From the NCBI GenBank assembly GCA_035084275.1, contig CM068747.1:25482001-25546000 (forward strand): DNA of 64,000 bases, in the 5' to 3' direction. Every line of letters starts with the position of its first letter. Position 1 is the stretch's first letter. Below are positions 59,962 to 64,000 of the stretch, piece by piece. The notes under the pieces are model-generated. The model was not told the origin of the DNA, did no database searches, and worked only from the letters and a program-made list of their open reading frames with translations. Source of the DNA: Hydrolagus colliei (Eukaryota). The position numbers were made by a program, and so were the translations under genes.

Positions 59962-60584
59962 GTATGAACATAAAATTAATTGCACTATAAATCGTTGTTA
60001 TATTTGAAATCTTGTTTAACTTTTATGGTGTGTGTGTATAATACTGTAGCGAATTGCCCTGTCCTTTCATGACTGACCATCATAGGTTTCCTGCAAAACC
60101 GATGATTCTAGTGTGTTTTGTATCTAAATATAAATTCTCGACAGCTTTACAAATGTCAGCCACAGTCTTGATCTTGTGTAGCTCCTCCCCACATTTTGTT
60201 CAGGGGGCACCTATTGCTACGGGCTACATTGTGCCCGGTTTAATATCCAGCCACAAGCTGTGACAGTCCACGTGAAAGGATGCTATGGCAGAGTCCTGAC
60301 GACCTTGGTTGCTGCAGAACGGGAAACTATGCAACACAAGAGTTGTCAAGAGCAGACTTAATGTCAATTAATTTAAACAGTCTGTTTTGAATTGAAAATG
60401 TGCTGCCTGTGTAGACACAATGCTAAATAGTGAAAGCTCAAATACATTCTGTATATGACACTTCCTTCAATATCTTGCACAGATGCTCACTGCACCCCGC
60501 GTAACCGTTGAGGGACCTCAGTGTTTTGTTTGACCCCCTTGTCTTAGCTTTTTTTCATTTTCACAACATTGCCTGTCCCTACTG

Positions 60585-61118
60585 CTATCTCTATGTCTTC
60601 CGCCCGCCCCCCACCCCTCCCCGCACCAGACTGCTGAGATCCTCATGTGTCTATTCATAATCTCGGCCCTCTTTGTACTACATAAACTATCCAGAATTCC
60701 GCAGCCAGTGGTCTCTCCAGCATAGGCTGTACAATCTGATCGCCCCACACCGAGCTTGATTCCACTGGCTTCTCATCCCCCAGCAGATTAAATTCTGAAT
60801 TCTCTCCCTTGCATTCAAATCTCTGCACAGCTTCACTCACACGCCCTATCTTGGTCACCTCCTACCTTACCCACCTGGCCTTTCCCTCCACTCATCAAAA
60901 CACTTGACTGCTTAATGTCCCTCGAACAGCCTGCCCCATTGTTGATATGCAAGCTTTCAGTCATTCTGTCTCCCCATTTCATTCCCCACCTTCAGAATCC
61001 ACTCCTGACTCTGCCCCCTCTTCCCCACCCCTACCCCACTACCCTCTTCTATAGCTCTTCAGTAGCAAGCACTTAGACTGCCTTCTGATGAGAATGGTGC
61101 TATATAAATGTAAATTGT
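60585..61118 (+). mobile_element. Old L2 LINE fragment
   Basis: ctgagatcctcat...tccactggcttctcatcccccagcagattaaattc; tail ggtgctatataaatgtaaattg. Confidence 0.65.
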
Positions 61119-61430
61119 ACTGGGTGATTTGGATTGCTGTCAGCCTTCCTTGTTGAATAACATTTTACAAAAACTTTGATTTATACAGCGCCCTCCACGT
61201 CAGACGGCACGGTGCCTCAGAGCGCTTTTCAACATCTTTAATATAAAATATTCAAATTTATAACCATATGAAACCTAATTTAGAATTTGTTAATGTGTGA
61301 TCATTTGTGCATTAAAATTCATGATTAAAATGCAATTTCTTTTTTTTAAATCCTGAACCATTGCTGTATTTTTCTTAAACTGTCTTATTTCCCCCCCACC
61401 CCTTTCTTTAACCTTCCTCCCACTCATCAG

Positions 61431-61559
61431 CTTGGCGGCACCAGCGTCTGGTCTCTTCAGTCTATAGAGCACAGCATCAAGCAGTTCTGTCTACCTTTTC
61501 TCAGGATTACCAGCCTTCTTCAACACCACCTCTTTGGGGATGATCTTCCCAGTTGCCAG
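61431..61559 (+). CDS. UBR3: UBR3 exon (LGGTSVWS...FCLPFLRITSLLQHHLFGDDLPSCQ)
   Basis: catcag| ... CAG|gtatga; phase 0-0. Confidence 0.95.
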
Positions 61560-62315
61560 GTATGATTAATTCTCCTCTGTTATTATGTGTCTGTGACTTG
61601 AAGAATCAAGTCATTGTTTTGAATTCCCTCACACTAAAGTGAAAGAATGAGGTAAGTTCTGAGAAGGAATATGTATGTCATATAAATAAAGATTGTGCTG
61701 AGGCATGAGTCTCGTTCCACCCAATATTTTCCCGTTTACGCTAGTCTTTTAAATATTGTCGTCACACGAACTGTGGGCCAATCTGTTAAGTGTTTTGTGA
61801 GCAGTGAAATTTGCTGTCGCTGCAGTTAAAATACAATTTCAAACCACATTCGGAAAATCTTAGATTCTTGGTTCCTGATATGTAATTATAGAACAAAACT
61901 AGAATTTTGGTATGAAAATAATGCAAGTTTAATATATACAAGTGCAAAATTTCCAGATAATTAAACACTTGCACACATGAAGTGATGAAACGTTGTCAGT
62001 AATTAGTGTTTATTGGGTAATTATCTGCATTTTCAGTGACCAATATCTTGCCAGTTTGCATTAAATAGAAGTTGCACTCATCTGTCAGTTTTCTATTTCT
62101 GATTTTCTTGCAATGCATGGCAACACTATTTTCCTGCAGTGTTCTTAAATATAACTATGTTTTTGCCCTGATTTTTTTTGCATGGAGTACTGATTAGTGA
62201 TTAAATTACAAATCGATTATCGTTCAGACATTTTGTTGTTAATAGGTTGCAATATTTATTCAGGGGTATAAATGTTATGAATCAAAAGTAATCCAGAATT
62301 TGTCAAATACATTTC

Positions 62316-62470
62316 ACAACAACAACAAATGGCAATATACAAGTTGGAAAGATGTCCCAAGGCACTGGACAATCAAGGGTTTGCACCTGAGCTGGGGGTT
62401 GGATACAAGAGGAGATGGGGCGAAGTGTGTGAGGACGGGAAGCTGACAAGGCATAGACAAAGAGAAAGGT
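62316..62470 (-). mobile_element. L2-like LINE 3' fragment
   Basis: (AAC)n plus gatgtcccaaggcactggaca. Confidence 0.65.
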
Positions 62471-63514
62471 CCACATTGTCCACTTTTTTGGGACAGAATC
62501 ATAGAGATTTATAATGCAGAAGGAGGCCATTTAGCCCATTGATTGTGCATTGGCAGATAAACACAGAAAATGCTTGTACTACAACAAGTCAGTGAGCAAC
62601 TCTTAAAAGATACACAGGTTAACATTGCTGACAGGACCCTTCATCTATTCTGTTCTTAGTTTTATTACTCATCATAGTTTGGGGGCCCGTATGTTAGTAG
62701 AAATTTCAGTTTGTGCAACCCTTCCTTCTGTTGCATACGTTCATGCAAGTTTGAGCAATTTTATATGTTACCAACACATTTTATGGTCATGATTACACTA
62801 TTAATAACACTTGTGTAACAAACCTATTTCCAGTTCGACATCATTTGAAGACTTAACAATAATAATCCTTGCATTTGTCAGTATTATTGTTATTTGAAGA
62901 CTTGATTTTAAAAAAACACAATACGTGGGGTTTTTTCAGCGTTTCTAAAATATTCAAAAATGCCCTGGATTCTCACAGGATTCTGCGAGCGTTAATTTAG
63001 TTAATCAAATTGTATGCCAGATTTATCAGTTGATCAGTCTGTCTTATTAATGAGACTTGGACATTGATACTCTCAACCCTGTGATCTAAAGCCCCAATAG
63101 ATAGAGCAGAACGATCTTAACAACAAGCTTGCTGTGTGGTTGCAACAGTTCAAACCGTTAGCTTTCAAGGACACTTTGTCAGTTTTACAAAAGAGAATTC
63201 ATTGTGCACGTTTTCTGAGTTGTGTGTGTGTGTGTGTTTTTTCATGACTGACCTTTTAATGTTATGAAATGGCGTTTAGAGCCCATTAACCTATTTTGTG
63301 AACTGCTGGAGTGGCAGGTGTGTTGTTTGTCCTCTTCCATCAACATCAACGTGATGAAACCACGCTGCCACAAAACTGTCACCGTGTTTGCATTTAATGA
63401 TGGATGTCAGATGAATGTGTTTTATACCTTATTGCCTCAATGGGTTATTAGAACAGATGGTCTGTGTGGAAATTGGCTTCGTGTTTTTTTTTAAAAAAAT
63501 TCTCATTTACAAAG

Positions 63515-63697
63515 GGAGCTGAGGAAGAATTTGGGATGCTGGCCTCCTGTGTTGGATTACTCTCCTCCCACTTTCAGCCGGGTGATCCAGTGAACAGTTC
63601 CTCCTGCCTCGAGTGGACAGTCCCAGCCCTAGATATTGTAGCTCAATGGTGCTCGGAGGTAACGTCTTTTGCAGAGAATTGCTCAGAGCAAGCAACG
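63515..63697 (+). CDS. UBR3: UBR3 exon (GAEEEFGMLASCVGLL...SEQAT)
   Basis: acaaag| ... ACG|gtaagg; phase 0-0. Confidence 0.92.
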
Positions 63698-63726
63698 GTA
63701 AGGCTCACCCGCAAATCCCTTTTTCA

Positions 63727-64000
63727 CAACGTAACTACCGCGTAAATATGTTCAGTGATTAACTTTCCCCTCCTCCACGCATTCATCACATCAAGGCTCG
63801 ACTACGGAAATTCCTTCTTCGTTCGGCCTTCCTGGTTCTTCCCTTCCACAAGCTGCAGATCATCCAGAACTCTGCGCCTCATGTCCTCACCCATACCAAG
63901 TTCCGCGACCACATCACTCCCACCCTCACCTGGCTCCATTGGCTTCCCATTCCCCCAGAGGATCGAACTCAAGATCCTTGTCCCTTAAGGCCATTCACGC
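63727..64000 (+). mobile_element. L2 LINE ORF2 fragment running off the window
   Basis: LLHAFITSRLDYGNS, KLQIIQN, HITPTLTWLHWLP, RIELKIL. Confidence 0.88.

Larger units (their letters stand above)
121..63697 (+). other. UBR3: UBR3 gene, partial span (32 constitutive coding exons in window; 5' and 3' exons outside)
   Basis: Spliced exons give one continuous frame with consistent phases. Peptides such as FWTVKYEFPQKMVTFLL, HVEFESQTYYAAFAAELEA, MWVRNGLQIKGQAMTY, RQKARERQQKLLAEFASRQKSF and the split RING (CVIC...CGHTLHIDC...CPLCR) are recognisable as vertebrate UBR3. Confidence 0.97.

Overview
This is vertebrate genomic DNA, probably from a cartilaginous fish (inferred from the tRNA/Deu-type SINE plus L2 and CR1 repeats). 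The whole window lies inside one + strand gene, UBR3 (N-recognin family RING E3 ligase). I reconstructed 32 constitutive coding exons by hand (121..63697, 4199 nt, about 1400 codons in one frame); the UBR box/N-terminus and the C-terminal exons lie outside the window. Nearly all ORF-track entries are intronic noise. Main observations: (1) one U12-type AT-AC intron (10668..11023); (2) three in-frame cassette/micro-exon candidates not visible in the ORF track (33 nt at 20002, 54 nt at 31216, 12 nt at 38013), plus weaker candidates; (3) a decayed tandem copy of the RING-core exon; (4) a nested insertion with L2 tail > hAT element (8-bp TSD) > second TIR element > RTE-X LINE fragment; (5) many tRNA-Val-like SINEs, pogo/Tigger-like MITEs, and L2 and CR1 fragments. 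No prokaryotic-type systems are present. Comparisons to human UBR3 are from memory of the protein, not from an alignment run.
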